This document shows positions 34,290 to 44,139 of a stretch of DNA of 64,000 nucleotides, piece by piece. The notes beneath the pieces were generated by a model that was not told where the DNA came from, ran no database searches, and saw nothing but the letters and a program-made list of their open reading frames with translations. The DNA is taken from positions 16,720 to 80,719 of the forward strand of contig JBNJGB010000023.1 of the NCBI GenBank assembly GCA_051747385.1. Reading direction: 5' to 3'. The translations under genes and the position numbers were made by a program. The DNA comes from Myxococcota bacterium (GTDB lineage: Bacteria > Myxococcota_A > UBA9042 > PHBI01 > JACKFB01). How positions within the stretch are numbered: the stretch's first letter is position 1; the number at the start of each line of letters is the position of its first letter.

Positions 34290-37200
34290 ATGCACCACGC
34301 CGCCATCGCCCACCGCCTGCTCCTCGTGGTCGCCACGTCGGCGCTGCTCGCCATCGCCGCCTGCAGCGACGACTCGGGCGGGTCCGGCGCGACGCCGGGC
34401 GGGGATGTGCAGGCACCCGACGTGGCGCCGGACACCCGGGGCGACGTCTCCGGGACTCCCGACACCGCGGAGCCGGACGCGAGCCCGGACGACGCGGACG
34501 GCGGGGAGGCCGGGGGCGACGCGGAGGTCGACGGTGAACCGGCGGCGGCGGGCCTCGGCGTGGAATCGGTGGTGCCGGAGCGCGGCCTGGCCAGGGGCGG
34601 CGAGCAGGTCGAGATCCTCGGGCAGGGCTTCGGAGACGGCCTGCAGGTCTTCTTCGGCGAGAGCCTGGCCCAGGACGCCTGGGCGCTGAACGAGGATCGC
34701 ATCGTCGCCGTCACGCCGCCCCGGACGCCCGGGGTGGTGGACGTGCGGGTCGTGGAGCCCGGGAGCGGCGCCGAGGCGGTCCTGGACGACGGCTTCCGCT
34801 TCTACAACCCCGTGGCCGTCGACGCCGTGGACCCGCCCGACGGCCACGTCCTGGGCGGAGACCCCGTGACCGTCACCGGGAGCGGCTTCGTGGCGGGCTC
34901 CCACGTCCTCATCGGGGGACGCGCGGCCCTGGAGGTGGAGATCCTCGACGACGGGACCCTCCTGGCGGTGACTCCCGACGCCCCGGCGGCAGGCCCCGCG
35001 GACGTCCACGTCTCCAACACGGTGGGCGTGGGGCGCCTCGACGACGGCTTCACCTACTTCGACTCGCCGCGGGTGGACGCCGTCGTGCCCCCCGCCGGGC
35101 CCATGGAGGGCGGCACCCCGGTCGACGTGAAGGGGCGCGGCTTCGCGGAGCCCATGGTGGTGACCGTGGCCGGCGCGCCCCTGGAGGACGTGGAGGTCCT
35201 GGACGGCGGGCGCCTCACCGGGCTGGTGCCGGCGGCGGACGTGCCCGGACCGGCCGACGTGAACGTGGCGACGGAGTACGGGACCGCGACGGCCCGGGAT
35301 GCGTACACCTACCTGGAGGACACGGCGCCCGGCGAGGAGGTCGACGTCCTGGCGGTCACCCCGGCGAGCGGCCCGGCCCTGGGCGGCGACGCGGTGACCG
35401 TGGTGGCGAAGGGCCTCACCGTCCGGCAGGACACGACCGTCACCTTCGGGGACGCGGCGGCGGTGGTGAAGGGCGTGGACTCCGCGGCCCACACCGCGCT
35501 GGTGCAGGTCCCGGCCGCGGAGCCCGGCACGGTGGACGTCACGCTCACGAACGCGAACGGCGCCGACACCCTGGCCGGGGGCTACACCTACGAGCCCTAC
35601 GTGCGGGTCTGGGAGGTCCTTCCCAACTACGGGCCCGTGGAGGGCGGCACGCCCGTGACCGTCTCCGGGGAGGGCTTCGAGCCCGGCCTGCAGCTTCGCA
35701 TCGGGGCGCTGCCGGCGGCCGACTTGCAGGTGGTGGACGAGGGCACCGTGACGGCCACGACGCCGCCCGGAAGCCCCGGCCTGGCGAACGTCACCGTGCT
35801 CCAGGGCGGGCTGAAGGACACGCTGGTGGGCGGGTTCTCCTACCAGGCCGAGATGGACCTCTGGGTGGTGGAGCCTCCCCACGGCAGCCAGGCCGGCGGG
35901 ACCTTCGTCACGCTGGCGGGGAGCGGCTTCCCGTCCGACGCGGACGTGCGGGTGGGCGGGACGCCGGCCACCCACGTCATCGTCGAGTCGCCCACGCGGA
36001 TCACCGCCCGGACCCCGCCGGGGGACGTGGGCACCGTGGACGTGAGCGTCGAGTCGCCCACGCGCGGCACCGTGACCCTGCCCCGGTCGTTCACCTACTT
36101 CGACCCGGAGAGCCAGTTCGGCGGCACCTGGGGCGAGGGCGTGGACGGCGCCGTGAACGTGACGGTCCTGAGCGGCCAGGACGGCTCGCCCATCCCGGAC
36201 GCCTTCGTGATGCTGTGGACGGACCCGGCGACGCCCTACCAGGGCTACACGAACCTGGAAGGGCAGATCACCTTCAGCGGCCCGGACGTCGGCGGCGAGC
36301 AGATGGTCTCGGCGTCCAAGGAGGGCTTCGCCTCGTCGTCGGTGGTGGAGTACGACGCCTCGAACATCACCCTGTACCTCAGCCCGAGCGCGTCAGGGTC
36401 CGGTCCGCCGCCCACGCCGCCCCCGGCGCCCACCTTCCACGGGCAGGTGGTGAACGCCACGAAGTACGTCCCGGTGCCCTGGGGCAAGTGCGGACAGAAG
36501 ACCGACGCGCCGGGGACGCTGTGCCAGCCCTGCACGGAGGACGCGGACTGCGAGGGGCTCGCCTGCTCCGACCTGCCGGACCAGGGAAGCTACTGCACCT
36601 CCCACTGCGGGACGGACGACGACTGCCCGGACGGCTTCATGTGCCATCCGGTCAACGGGCAGCCCGAGCACCAGTGCATCCCGGCCACGGGGCGGGTCAC
36701 GGCCTTCTGCGACTTCACGAAGCCGACCATCTTCAGCCAGGACGCCATCCCGCAGCCCGGCCAGGAGGTGCTCCCGGACTTCAGCTTCGAGATGACCGTG
36801 CCCATCGGCGAGTCCGCCGTGTTCTGCTGGGGCGGCATCTACAACGAGGACACGGACGAGTTCACGCCGTACGTCCTGGGCCTGAAGCGCCACGTCTTCG
36901 CCCAGCCCGGCCAGCAGCTCGAGGGCGACGTGGTCCTGAGCCACCCGCTGAACGGGACCATGGACATCCGGCTGGACGACCCGCCCAACAACCCGAACGG
37001 CCCCGACTTCAACACCGCGCTGGTCCACCTGGACCTGGGCAGCGACGGCACGCTGGAGTTCCTGCACCACCCCGTGGACGTCGAGGACACGCTGAAGATG
37101 AAGTGGATCCCGAAGACCCTGAGCGGGAACCTCTACGACGCCAGCTATACGATCCTGGCGGGCGCCTTCAGCTTCGGGGCGGACAACCTCCCCTACTCGG

Positions 37201-38435
37201 TGACGTTCCACCAGGGCATCCGCGAGCTCCGGGACGACGTGTTCTGGGAGTGGGGGACGGCCGGCTGGGAGCCCGACTCGACGGGGATCTCCCAGAACGT
37301 GAACGATCTCTTCGCCCTGGACGCGGAGACGATCTTCGGCGTCGGCACCGACGGCCTGCTCATCCGCAGCGTGGGCCAGGCCTGGGCCGCCCAGGACAAT
37401 CCCCTGAAGGATCACTTCGAGGGCGTGCACGCGGTGTCGGCCGGCGACGCCCTCGCCGTGGGCCAGAACGGGGCGGTCGTGCACTGGGACGGGCTGGCCT
37501 GGACCCCCGAGGAGACGCCCACCACCTCCCACCTGCGCGACGTCTGGATGGCCGACGCCGACGAGGCCTTCGCCGTGGGCTCCTACGTGGTGCTCCACCG
37601 GGAGGACGGGGCCTGGACGCAGATGTCGGGCAACACCAACAAGAACCTCCGGGACGTGTGGGGTTTCGCGGCGGACGACGTGTGGGCCGTGGGCAACTAC
37701 GGCAACGTCATCCACTGGGACGGCGCCTCCTGGAGCACCGTCCAGACCGGGACCACACAGAACTTCCGCGGCGTGTGGGGGCCGAGCCCGGACGACGTCT
37801 TCGTCGTGGGCGAGGCGGGCACCGTCCTCCGCTGGGACGGCGAGGCCCTGAGCCCCATGGAGGTCGACACGACGGAGACCCTGAACGCGGTCTGGGGCAC
37901 CGGGCCCGACGACGTGTACGCCGTCGGCGATCGGGGGATGCTCTTCCGCTGGGACGGCGCCCAGTGGATGGACGAGAGCCCGCCGGGCGAGACCAACGAC
38001 TTCCTGGCCGTGGCCGGTGGCGAGGGCCGCGTGGTGGTCACCGGCACCCACGAGCTCCTCCTGGGGCCGCTCCTCGAGGTGCCGGAGGACATCCAGCCGG
38101 CCGCCGGCGGCACCATGGGCGAGGAGTACGAGATCTCCTGGACCGTGAAGCCGGGCGTCGACCCGCACTTCAGCTACGTGCAGGTGGCCGTGCCGGGTAT
38201 GACCGGCCCGGTGCCCGAGTGGACCATCGTCAACGACTGGGACGTCACGAGCGTGCTCCTGCCCGACTTCCCCAACATCGAGGGGACCCCGGGCATCGCG
38301 CCGGGGGCCAAGATCCTGACGATCATCCGCGTGTACGAGGAGGGGTTCGACATCGACAACTACTCGAACCAGGATCTGAACACCCTCCGCTGGCAGTCCT
38401 GGGCCCAGGACCAGCACACGTTCACCAAGGAGTAG
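34290..38435 (+). CDS. giant lipoprotein: acidic linker, 6x IPT/TIG, CarboxypepD_reg-like domain, Cys-rich module, C-terminal multi-blade beta-propeller
   Basis: ATG 34290: MHHAAIAHRLLLVVATSALLAIAACSDD (lipobox). Six ~85-aa repeats of the form V..V.P..G...GG..V.I.G.GF......V..GG........V.....L....P....G.VDV.V. Then NVTVLSGQDGSPIPDAFVMLW...GYTNLEGQITF and CQPCTEDADCEGLACSD...CTSHCGTDDDCPDGFMC. C-terminal blades look like LRDVWGFAADDVWAVGNYGNVIHWDGASW. Confidence 0.8.
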   Translation: MHHAAIAHRLLLVVATSALLAIAACSDDSGGSGATPGGDVQAPDVAPDTRGDVSGTPDTAEPDASPDDADGGEAGGDAEVDGEPAAAGLGVESVVPERGLARGGEQVEILGQGFGDGLQVFFGESLAQDAWALNEDRIVAVTPPRTPGVVDVRVVEPGSGAEAVLDDGFRFYNPVAVDAVDPPDGHVLGGDPVTVTGSGFVAGSHVLIGGRAALEVEILDDGTLLAVTPDAPAAGPADVHVSNTVGVGRLDDGFTYFDSPRVDAVVPPAGPMEGGTPVDVKGRGFAEPMVVTVAGAPLEDVEVLDGGRLTGLVPAADVPGPADVNVATEYGTATARDAYTYLEDTAPGEEVDVLAVTPASGPALGGDAVTVVAKGLTVRQDTTVTFGDAAAVVKGVDSAAHTALVQVPAAEPGTVDVTLTNANGADTLAGGYTYEPYVRVWEVLPNYGPVEGGTPVTVSGEGFEPGLQLRIGALPAADLQVVDEGTVTATTPPGSPGLANVTVLQGGLKDTLVGGFSYQAEMDLWVVEPPHGSQAGGTFVTLAGSGFPSDADVRVGGTPATHVIVESPTRITARTPPGDVGTVDVSVESPTRGTVTLPRSFTYFDPESQFGGTWGEGVDGAVNVTVLSGQDGSPIPDAFVMLWTDPATPYQGYTNLEGQITFSGPDVGGEQMVSASKEGFASSSVVEYDASNITLYLSPSASGSGPPPTPPPAPTFHGQVVNATKYVPVPWGKCGQKTDAPGTLCQPCTEDADCEGLACSDLPDQGSYCTSHCGTDDDCPDGFMCHPVNGQPEHQCIPATGRVTAFCDFTKPTIFSQDAIPQPGQEVLPDFSFEMTVPIGESAVFCWGGIYNEDTDEFTPYVLGLKRHVFAQPGQQLEGDVVLSHPLNGTMDIRLDDPPNNPNGPDFNTALVHLDLGSDGTLEFLHHPVDVEDTLKMKWIPKTLSGNLYDASYTILAGAFSFGADNLPYSVTFHQGIRELRDDVFWEWGTAGWEPDSTGISQNVNDLFALDAETIFGVGTDGLLIRSVGQAWAAQDNPLKDHFEGVHAVSAGDALAVGQNGAVVHWDGLAWTPEETPTTSHLRDVWMADADEAFAVGSYVVLHREDGAWTQMSGNTNKNLRDVWGFAADDVWAVGNYGNVIHWDGASWSTVQTGTTQNFRGVWGPSPDDVFVVGEAGTVLRWDGEALSPMEVDTTETLNAVWGTGPDDVYAVGDRGMLFRWDGAQWMDESPPGETNDFLAVAGGEGRVVVTGTHELLLGPLLEVPEDIQPAAGGTMGEEYEISWTVKPGVDPHFSYVQVAVPGMTGPVPEWTIVNDWDVTSVLLPDFPNIEGTPGIAPGAKILTIIRVYEEGFDIDNYSNQDLNTLRWQSWAQDQHTFTKE

Positions 38436-38519
38436 GCGGGAGCCGGTGACCGGGGCGGCGCTCCGCACGGCGGCCGGCGCGGAGCCCTCCGGATCCCGAC
38501 AGCGCGCGAAGGACACCGC

Positions 38520-40475
38520 ATGAGGCACTCGACGGGGCTCCGGATCCCCACCCTGGCGTTGGTCACGGTGCTGCTCGTCGCCTGCGACGACGGCGGCGGC
38601 GGCGGCGAGGAGGACACCGGCCCGACGGACGCGACGGAGGACACGACCCTCGACGTCGTGGAGGACTCCGGACCCGCCGACGTGGTGCCGGACGGTGCCG
38701 GCGACGCCGACGCGGCCGACGTCGAGACCGGGGACGCCGATGACGTCGTCGCGCCGCCTTCGCCCTGGACGATCCGCTCCCTGGGCGACCTCGGCACCCT
38801 CTCGGACGTCCACGTGGTCGGCCCCGACGAGGCCTACGCCGTCGGCGGGCCGCGCGTGCTGCGCTTCAACGGCGCCACCTGGGCGGCCTACGGCGAGCCC
38901 ACCGGGGACACGCTGTACGGCGTGTGGGCGGACGAGGGGATCGTCGTCGTCGTGGGCGCCGAGGGCCTGATCGCGCGCCGGACCCCTGCGGACCTGACCT
39001 GGACCGTCGAGGACGCCGGCGTCGGGGTGGACCTCCACGCCGTGGACGGCCGCGGCCCGGACGCGCTGTGGGCCGCCGGGGACGAGAGCACCATCCTGCG
39101 CTACGCGGGCCCCGACCCGGGCTGGGAGGTCGCCCACGACGGCGGCGGCGTCGGCCTGCGGGACCTGTGGGTGCCGCCGAGCGGCGACGGGGACGCCGGC
39201 GTCCTGGCCGTCGGCACGAAGGGCACGCTCTACCGCGTCCAGGGCGGCGAGTGGGTGACCCGGCAGATCGCGTCGAACACCGTGACCCTGCACGCGGTGC
39301 TCGGCGTGGGAGATCGGCGCGTCGCCGCGGGGACGGACACCACGCTCACGGTGAAGGCCGATCCCTCGCAGCCGTGGCAGGGACAGAGCGCCAACCTGGA
39401 CCAGGACCGGGACCTGTTCGCCCTCGCGGGCTCCGAGGCCGACGGGGTCTTCGCCTTCGGGGCGGCCGGCACCGTGCTGCGCTCCGAGGGCCAGGCGTGG
39501 TCCTCCGTGGACGTGGCCGGCCCCAGCGCCGCCAGCGCGGACCTGGTCGCCGCCGCGTGGCACCGCGCCGAGGGCGACGGCGATCCGACCTTCCTCGTGA
39601 TGGGCGCGGAGGGCGGAGGCCTGGTCCTCGACGACGAGGAGTGGGTCGACATGCCCACCCGGCCCCGCGGGGGCCTCGCCGCGTTGGACGGTGCCGACCG
39701 CGACGGCCTCTGGGCCGCCGGTCCCGACGGGCTGGTCATGGCCTCCACGGCGCAGGGGTGGACCGCGGTCCCGGTCCCCACGGAGGTGGACCTGGCGGAC
39801 GTGGCGGCCGGTCCCGACGGGATCGTGTGGGTCGTGGGCGACGACGGCGTCGTCCTCCGCCGGGCCCCCGGTGAGGCGTTCGAGGTGCTGCCCCAGGTCG
39901 TGCCCGCGGCCCTGTCCTCCGTGGCCTCGGACGGCGATCGCGTGGTCGCGGGCGGGAAGGGAGGCACGGTGCTCCGCGGTCCCGTGGACGGGAGCGAGCC
40001 CCTGGCCGCGTGGCCGGTGGACGTCCAGGCGGGCATCCGCGCCGTGGGCGTGGGCGGAGACGGCGCGTGGTGGCTGGCCGGGGACTTCGGCACCCTGCTC
40101 CGCTCCGCGGACGGGGAGGCCGTCGACGCGATCCCCAGCGGCGTGGCCGGCACCCTGCACGACCTGGCGGCCGCGGACGGCGGCGTGCTCGTGGCGGGCG
40201 ACAACGGGGTGCTCCTGGAGGTGGAGGGCGGAGACGAGCCCGAGGCCGAGCAGGTGTACGAGGACCCCGGCCTGTTCCTCTTCGGCGTGGACGTGCTCGG
40301 CGAGGCCGCCCTGGCGGTCGGCTGGAACGGCGGGGTCGTCCGCCGCACGGAGGACGGCTTCGCGCCGGAGGACAGCGGCACCCGCGCGGTGCTCGAGGCC
40401 GTGTGGATCGACGGGGACGGGGCCCTGGCCGTGGGCAGGCTGGGAGCCCTCCTCGAGCGGACGGAGGCTCCATGA
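38520..40475 (+). CDS. lipoprotein, acidic linker plus multi-blade beta-propeller (paralogue of next gene)
   Basis: MRHSTGLRIPTLALVTVLLVACDDGGGGGEED (lipobox). Repeated ~45-50 aa blades, e.g. LSDVHVVGPDEAYAVGGPRVLRFNGATW, LYGVWADEGIVVVVGAEGLIARR, LHAVDGRGPDALWAAGDESTILRY. Confidence 0.75.
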   Translation: MRHSTGLRIPTLALVTVLLVACDDGGGGGEEDTGPTDATEDTTLDVVEDSGPADVVPDGAGDADAADVETGDADDVVAPPSPWTIRSLGDLGTLSDVHVVGPDEAYAVGGPRVLRFNGATWAAYGEPTGDTLYGVWADEGIVVVVGAEGLIARRTPADLTWTVEDAGVGVDLHAVDGRGPDALWAAGDESTILRYAGPDPGWEVAHDGGGVGLRDLWVPPSGDGDAGVLAVGTKGTLYRVQGGEWVTRQIASNTVTLHAVLGVGDRRVAAGTDTTLTVKADPSQPWQGQSANLDQDRDLFALAGSEADGVFAFGAAGTVLRSEGQAWSSVDVAGPSAASADLVAAAWHRAEGDGDPTFLVMGAEGGGLVLDDEEWVDMPTRPRGGLAALDGADRDGLWAAGPDGLVMASTAQGWTAVPVPTEVDLADVAAGPDGIVWVVGDDGVVLRRAPGEAFEVLPQVVPAALSSVASDGDRVVAGGKGGTVLRGPVDGSEPLAAWPVDVQAGIRAVGVGGDGAWWLAGDFGTLLRSADGEAVDAIPSGVAGTLHDLAAADGGVLVAGDNGVLLEVEGGDEPEAEQVYEDPGLFLFGVDVLGEAALAVGWNGGVVRRTEDGFAPEDSGTRAVLEAVWIDGDGALAVGRLGALLERTEAP

Positions 40476-42454
40476 GGCGCGCGGCGTGGCTCATGGCGGC
40501 AGCGGGCCTGCTGGTCGCCTGCGGGGACGGCGGCGGGGACGGATCGCCGGGCGCGGACACGGTCGGGACGGACATCCACGAGGACGCCGCGGACGTCGCG
40601 CCGGACGCGCCGGAAGACGTCCCGGACGACACCGACGTCTCGGACGGTGCGGACACCGCGGACCTCGGGCCGGACGTGTCCCCGGCCGACGCCGACGCGG
40701 CGGGCGACGCCGACGCGACGACGCGGGTGCTGGTCCAGGAGAAGACCGGCCTGGGCAAGGACTTCGTCTTCAAGGGCGTGTGGGCCGGCGAGGCCGGGCG
40801 CGCCGTGGCCGTGGGCAACGACGGGGTCGTGGTGGGCCGGGATCCGGACGGGGCGTGGCAGGTCCTCCAGGAGGGAGAGACCGCCGACCTCCTCAACGCC
40901 GTCACGGGGACCTCGGCCGGGGACCTGTGGGCCGTCGGGAAGGGCGGCACCGTTTTGCGCGGCGGCGTGGGCGACCTGAAGTGCCTGGAGGAGGCCTGCG
41001 GACCCGACGGCGCGCTCCCCACCCTGTTCGGCGCGTGGGCCGCGGCCCCGGACGACCTCTGGGCGGTGGGCCTGCAGGGGACCATCGTCCACCACGACGG
41101 CGAGGTCGGGGAGGCGGCGTCCGGCCCCGACGTGACGGTCCGCTGGCACGGGATGCACGGCCTGGCGGAGGGAGAGGCCGTGCTCGTGGGCACCGAGGGG
41201 CGCCTGGCGCGCTTCGTGGACGGGGCGCTGATCTCTGAGGAGACGCCGACCCAGGTCACGCTCCGGAGCGTCGCCTCGGCCGGCGGGGGCCTCTGGTGGG
41301 CGGTCGGCGACGCCGGGACCCTCCTGCGCGGCGAGGGCGGCGTCTGGACGCCGGTCCCGGTCTCCACGGCCGCGAACCTCCACGACGTCCACGCCGTGTC
41401 GCCCTTCGACGCGTACGCCGTGGGCGATGGCGGGATCGTCCTGCACTGGGACGGGGACCTGTGGACGCCCGTGGTGGACCTGCCGGCCGGCGTGGCGGGC
41501 ACCGACCTCCGCGCCGTGTACGTGGACGCCGAGGGCGAGGCCGTGATCACCGGCGACGGGGGCGCGACCATCCAGGGCACGGCCTCCGGCGGCTTCGACC
41601 TCGTCGGCGACCTCGCCCCGGAGGGGATGCTCACGGCGGCGTGGGGCGGCGGCGGGATCGTGGTCCTCGCCGGAGACCACTCGACCGTCTTCGTGCACCA
41701 GGACGGCGAGTGGACCGAGCAGGCGGTCCCCACCACCCAGCACATCCGAGGGGTCTGGGGCAGCGCGGCCGACGACGTCTGGGCCGTGGGCCTGGCGGGC
41801 CTCATCCTCCACTACGACGGCGAGGAGTGGATCAAGCTGGATCCGCCGTCTGGCGAGGCGATGGAGACCGTCTGGGGCAGCGCGGCCGACGACGTCTGGG
41901 CCGCCGGCGCCGACGGGACCGTCTTCCACTGGGACGGCGTGATGTGGCGGTCGGCGATCAGCCAGACGAGCAAGGCCCTCCGCGCGGTGTTCGTCTTCCC
42001 GGAGGGCCAGGGCTTCGCGGTCGGTAGCGACGGCACCATCATGCAGGGCGGCGGCCTCGCCTGGCGGCAGGTCGAGATCGAACCTCTGGAGACGCCGGAC
42101 GGCGAGGAGGTGCCCGTCACCGACCCCCTCCACGGCGTCTGGGGCGCCTCGCCCGATGACGTGTGGGCCGTGGGAGGCTCCGGCCGGATCGTCCACTGGG
42201 ACGGCGAGGCCTGGACCTCGAAGGACCCGGGCTTCGGCATCACGCTGCGGGCCGTGTGGGGCACCGCCGCGGACGACGTCTGGGCCGTGGGCGGCCAGGG
42301 CCACGTCCTCCACTACGACGGCGAGGTCTGGACCCCCCGGGAGTCCAACTCCGTGGCGACGCTGTACGCCGTCCACGGGGACGGCGGCGACCACGTGGTG
42401 ATCGTGGGCGACCTCGGCACGGTCCTCCGGGTCGTCGAGGAGACGCCCCGCTGA
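40472..42454 (+). CDS. lipoprotein, acidic linker plus multi-blade beta-propeller
   Basis: ATG 40472 overlaps the upstream stop (ATGA). MRRAAWLMAAAGLLVACGDGGGDG (lipobox). Very regular blades: IRGVWGSAADDVWAVGLAGLILHYDGEEW, METVWGSAADDVWAAGADGTVFHWDGVMW, LHGVWGASPDDVWAVGGSGRIVHWDGEAW, LRAVWGTAADDVWAVGGQGHVLHYDGEVW. Confidence 0.78.
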   Translation: MRRAAWLMAAAGLLVACGDGGGDGSPGADTVGTDIHEDAADVAPDAPEDVPDDTDVSDGADTADLGPDVSPADADAAGDADATTRVLVQEKTGLGKDFVFKGVWAGEAGRAVAVGNDGVVVGRDPDGAWQVLQEGETADLLNAVTGTSAGDLWAVGKGGTVLRGGVGDLKCLEEACGPDGALPTLFGAWAAAPDDLWAVGLQGTIVHHDGEVGEAASGPDVTVRWHGMHGLAEGEAVLVGTEGRLARFVDGALISEETPTQVTLRSVASAGGGLWWAVGDAGTLLRGEGGVWTPVPVSTAANLHDVHAVSPFDAYAVGDGGIVLHWDGDLWTPVVDLPAGVAGTDLRAVYVDAEGEAVITGDGGATIQGTASGGFDLVGDLAPEGMLTAAWGGGGIVVLAGDHSTVFVHQDGEWTEQAVPTTQHIRGVWGSAADDVWAVGLAGLILHYDGEEWIKLDPPSGEAMETVWGSAADDVWAAGADGTVFHWDGVMWRSAISQTSKALRAVFVFPEGQGFAVGSDGTIMQGGGLAWRQVEIEPLETPDGEEVPVTDPLHGVWGASPDDVWAVGGSGRIVHWDGEAWTSKDPGFGITLRAVWGTAADDVWAVGGQGHVLHYDGEVWTPRESNSVATLYAVHGDGGDHVVIVGDLGTVLRVVEETPR

Positions 42455-44139
42455 TGGACACGGGCTCGGAGGGACGCGCCGCACGCCTCCGGGACGCGGT
42501 CCGCGAGGGCCCCTCCGCCGGTCCCTGGAGGGCCCGGGACGGCCTCCTCCTGGGCGCCGTCATATGCGTCGCCGCCGCCGTGCGCCTCCCGCGTCTGAGC
42601 GAGGGCCTGTGGATCGACGAGGTGATCTCGCTGGACACGGCCGCCGAGTCCCTGGGCCGGCTCCTGGCGCGGACGGGCTTCGGGGACGTCCACCCCCCGG
42701 GCTGGTACCTGCTCCTGAGCGCCTGGACGAGCCTGATCGGCGACGGCGACGTCGTCGCGCGGACGCTCCCCCTCCTGCTCGGGCTGGCGACGGTGGCCCT
42801 CCTGTTCTCCTGGGCGCGCCGTCGCCTGGGAAGCTGGCCGGCGACGCTCGCCGCGGGCTGGCTCGCCCTGTCCACCTTCCACGCCCACTACTCCGTGGAG
42901 GTGCGCTCCTACGCCCTGCTGGCCCTCGCCGCGCTGGCCCTGCCGGCGGCCTGCGAGCGGTGGCTGGAGGCCCCGGCCCGTCGCGGCCGGCTCGCCTGGA
43001 CCCTGGGCCTGGAGGCCCTGCTGCTGTGGACCCACTACTTCGGCCTGCTGGTCGTGGCCCTGGTGAACCTCCACGTCTTCCTCGCCAGGCCCCGGGACCG
43101 GCGCGTCGTCGACCGCTGGGCCGCGGGACAGCTCGTGGTGCTGGCGGCCTTCGCGCCGTGGGCGCCTCTCCTGATCGTGCAGACCTTCGAGCTTCCCGAG
43201 GCCGTCACCGGCCACCTCCGCGGGAGCCTGCCGGCCGGGGAGGTCCTCGCGGCCCTGGGGCCCGCGACCGCCGTCCCGGTCGCCTGGCTCGCCGCGGCGG
43301 CCGGCGTGGCGACCCTCGCCCTGGCCGCCGCGGGTCTCCGGAGGGTCCCGTCCGAGGCTCCCGCCCCCTCCGACGCCCTGGCGGAGCGACGAGGCCTGCT
43401 GGCGGCCGGCCTCGCGGGTATCCTGCTGCTCCCGCCGATCGGCCTGGCCCTGCTGCCCCTGAGCGACACGACCTTCGACCTGCTGGCCGGGGCGATCCCC
43501 CGCGCCTATGCCCTCCTTGGGGCCGGCGCCGCCGCGGTCGGGCTGGGCGTCCTCCTCCAGCGCCGCCGCGTGGGCCTCCTCCGCTGGTCCGTGGCGTCGT
43601 GGGTGGTGCTGGGTGCCCCCGTCCTGGTGGCGGCGCTCGCGCTGGCGCGGGAGGTGCTGCTGGTCCGGAACCTGCTCCCGTTCCTGGCCCCGCTGCTCCT
43701 CGTGGCCGCCGCCGCTGTCCCCCGCCGGCTCCCGGTGATGGCCGGCGTGTTGGCGGTCGTCGCCGCCCTGGCCGTTCCGTCGCTGCTCCGCGCCCCCGAG
43801 GCGTTCCAGCCGCGCCAGGACCTCCGCGGGGTGGCCGCCGCTATCGCGGAGCGACCGGAGGCGCCCGTCTGGGTCCTCCCGCCCTGGGACGCTCCCGGCC
43901 TGGAGCGCTATCTGCCGGCGGAGCAGGCGCCGCGCACCGCCATGGAGCCCTCGGATCTGCCGACCGCCGATCGGCTCCCGGCAGCAGTCGATGTAGTTCT
44001 CGCCCGGTCGGCGGCAGAACCGGACGACCCCGTCCGGGATCGGGTCGTCGAGCGCCTGGTCCCGCCCTTCGAAATCGTTGAAGAGCATGCCTTCCGCGGG
44101 GTCTCCGGCGGCCTGCGCCTCCTCCGCTTCAGCCGCTGA
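42454..44139 (+). CDS. GT-C fold glycosyltransferase-like membrane protein (family 39 / PMT_2-like)
   Basis: ATG 42454 shares one base with the upstream TGA (TGATG). AVICVAAAVRLPRLSEGLWIDEVISLD has the acidic DE motif in the first loop. FGDVHPPGWYLLLSAW and ~10 further TM helices follow, then a soluble ~130-aa C-terminus. Confidence 0.7.
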   Translation: MDTGSEGRAARLRDAVREGPSAGPWRARDGLLLGAVICVAAAVRLPRLSEGLWIDEVISLDTAAESLGRLLARTGFGDVHPPGWYLLLSAWTSLIGDGDVVARTLPLLLGLATVALLFSWARRRLGSWPATLAAGWLALSTFHAHYSVEVRSYALLALAALALPAACERWLEAPARRGRLAWTLGLEALLLWTHYFGLLVVALVNLHVFLARPRDRRVVDRWAAGQLVVLAAFAPWAPLLIVQTFELPEAVTGHLRGSLPAGEVLAALGPATAVPVAWLAAAAGVATLALAAAGLRRVPSEAPAPSDALAERRGLLAAGLAGILLLPPIGLALLPLSDTTFDLLAGAIPRAYALLGAGAAAVGLGVLLQRRRVGLLRWSVASWVVLGAPVLVAALALAREVLLVRNLLPFLAPLLLVAAAAVPRRLPVMAGVLAVVAALAVPSLLRAPEAFQPRQDLRGVAAAIAERPEAPVWVLPPWDAPGLERYLPAEQAPRTAMEPSDLPTADRLPAAVDVVLARSAAEPDDPVRDRVVERLVPPFEIVEEHAFRGVSGGLRLLRFSR

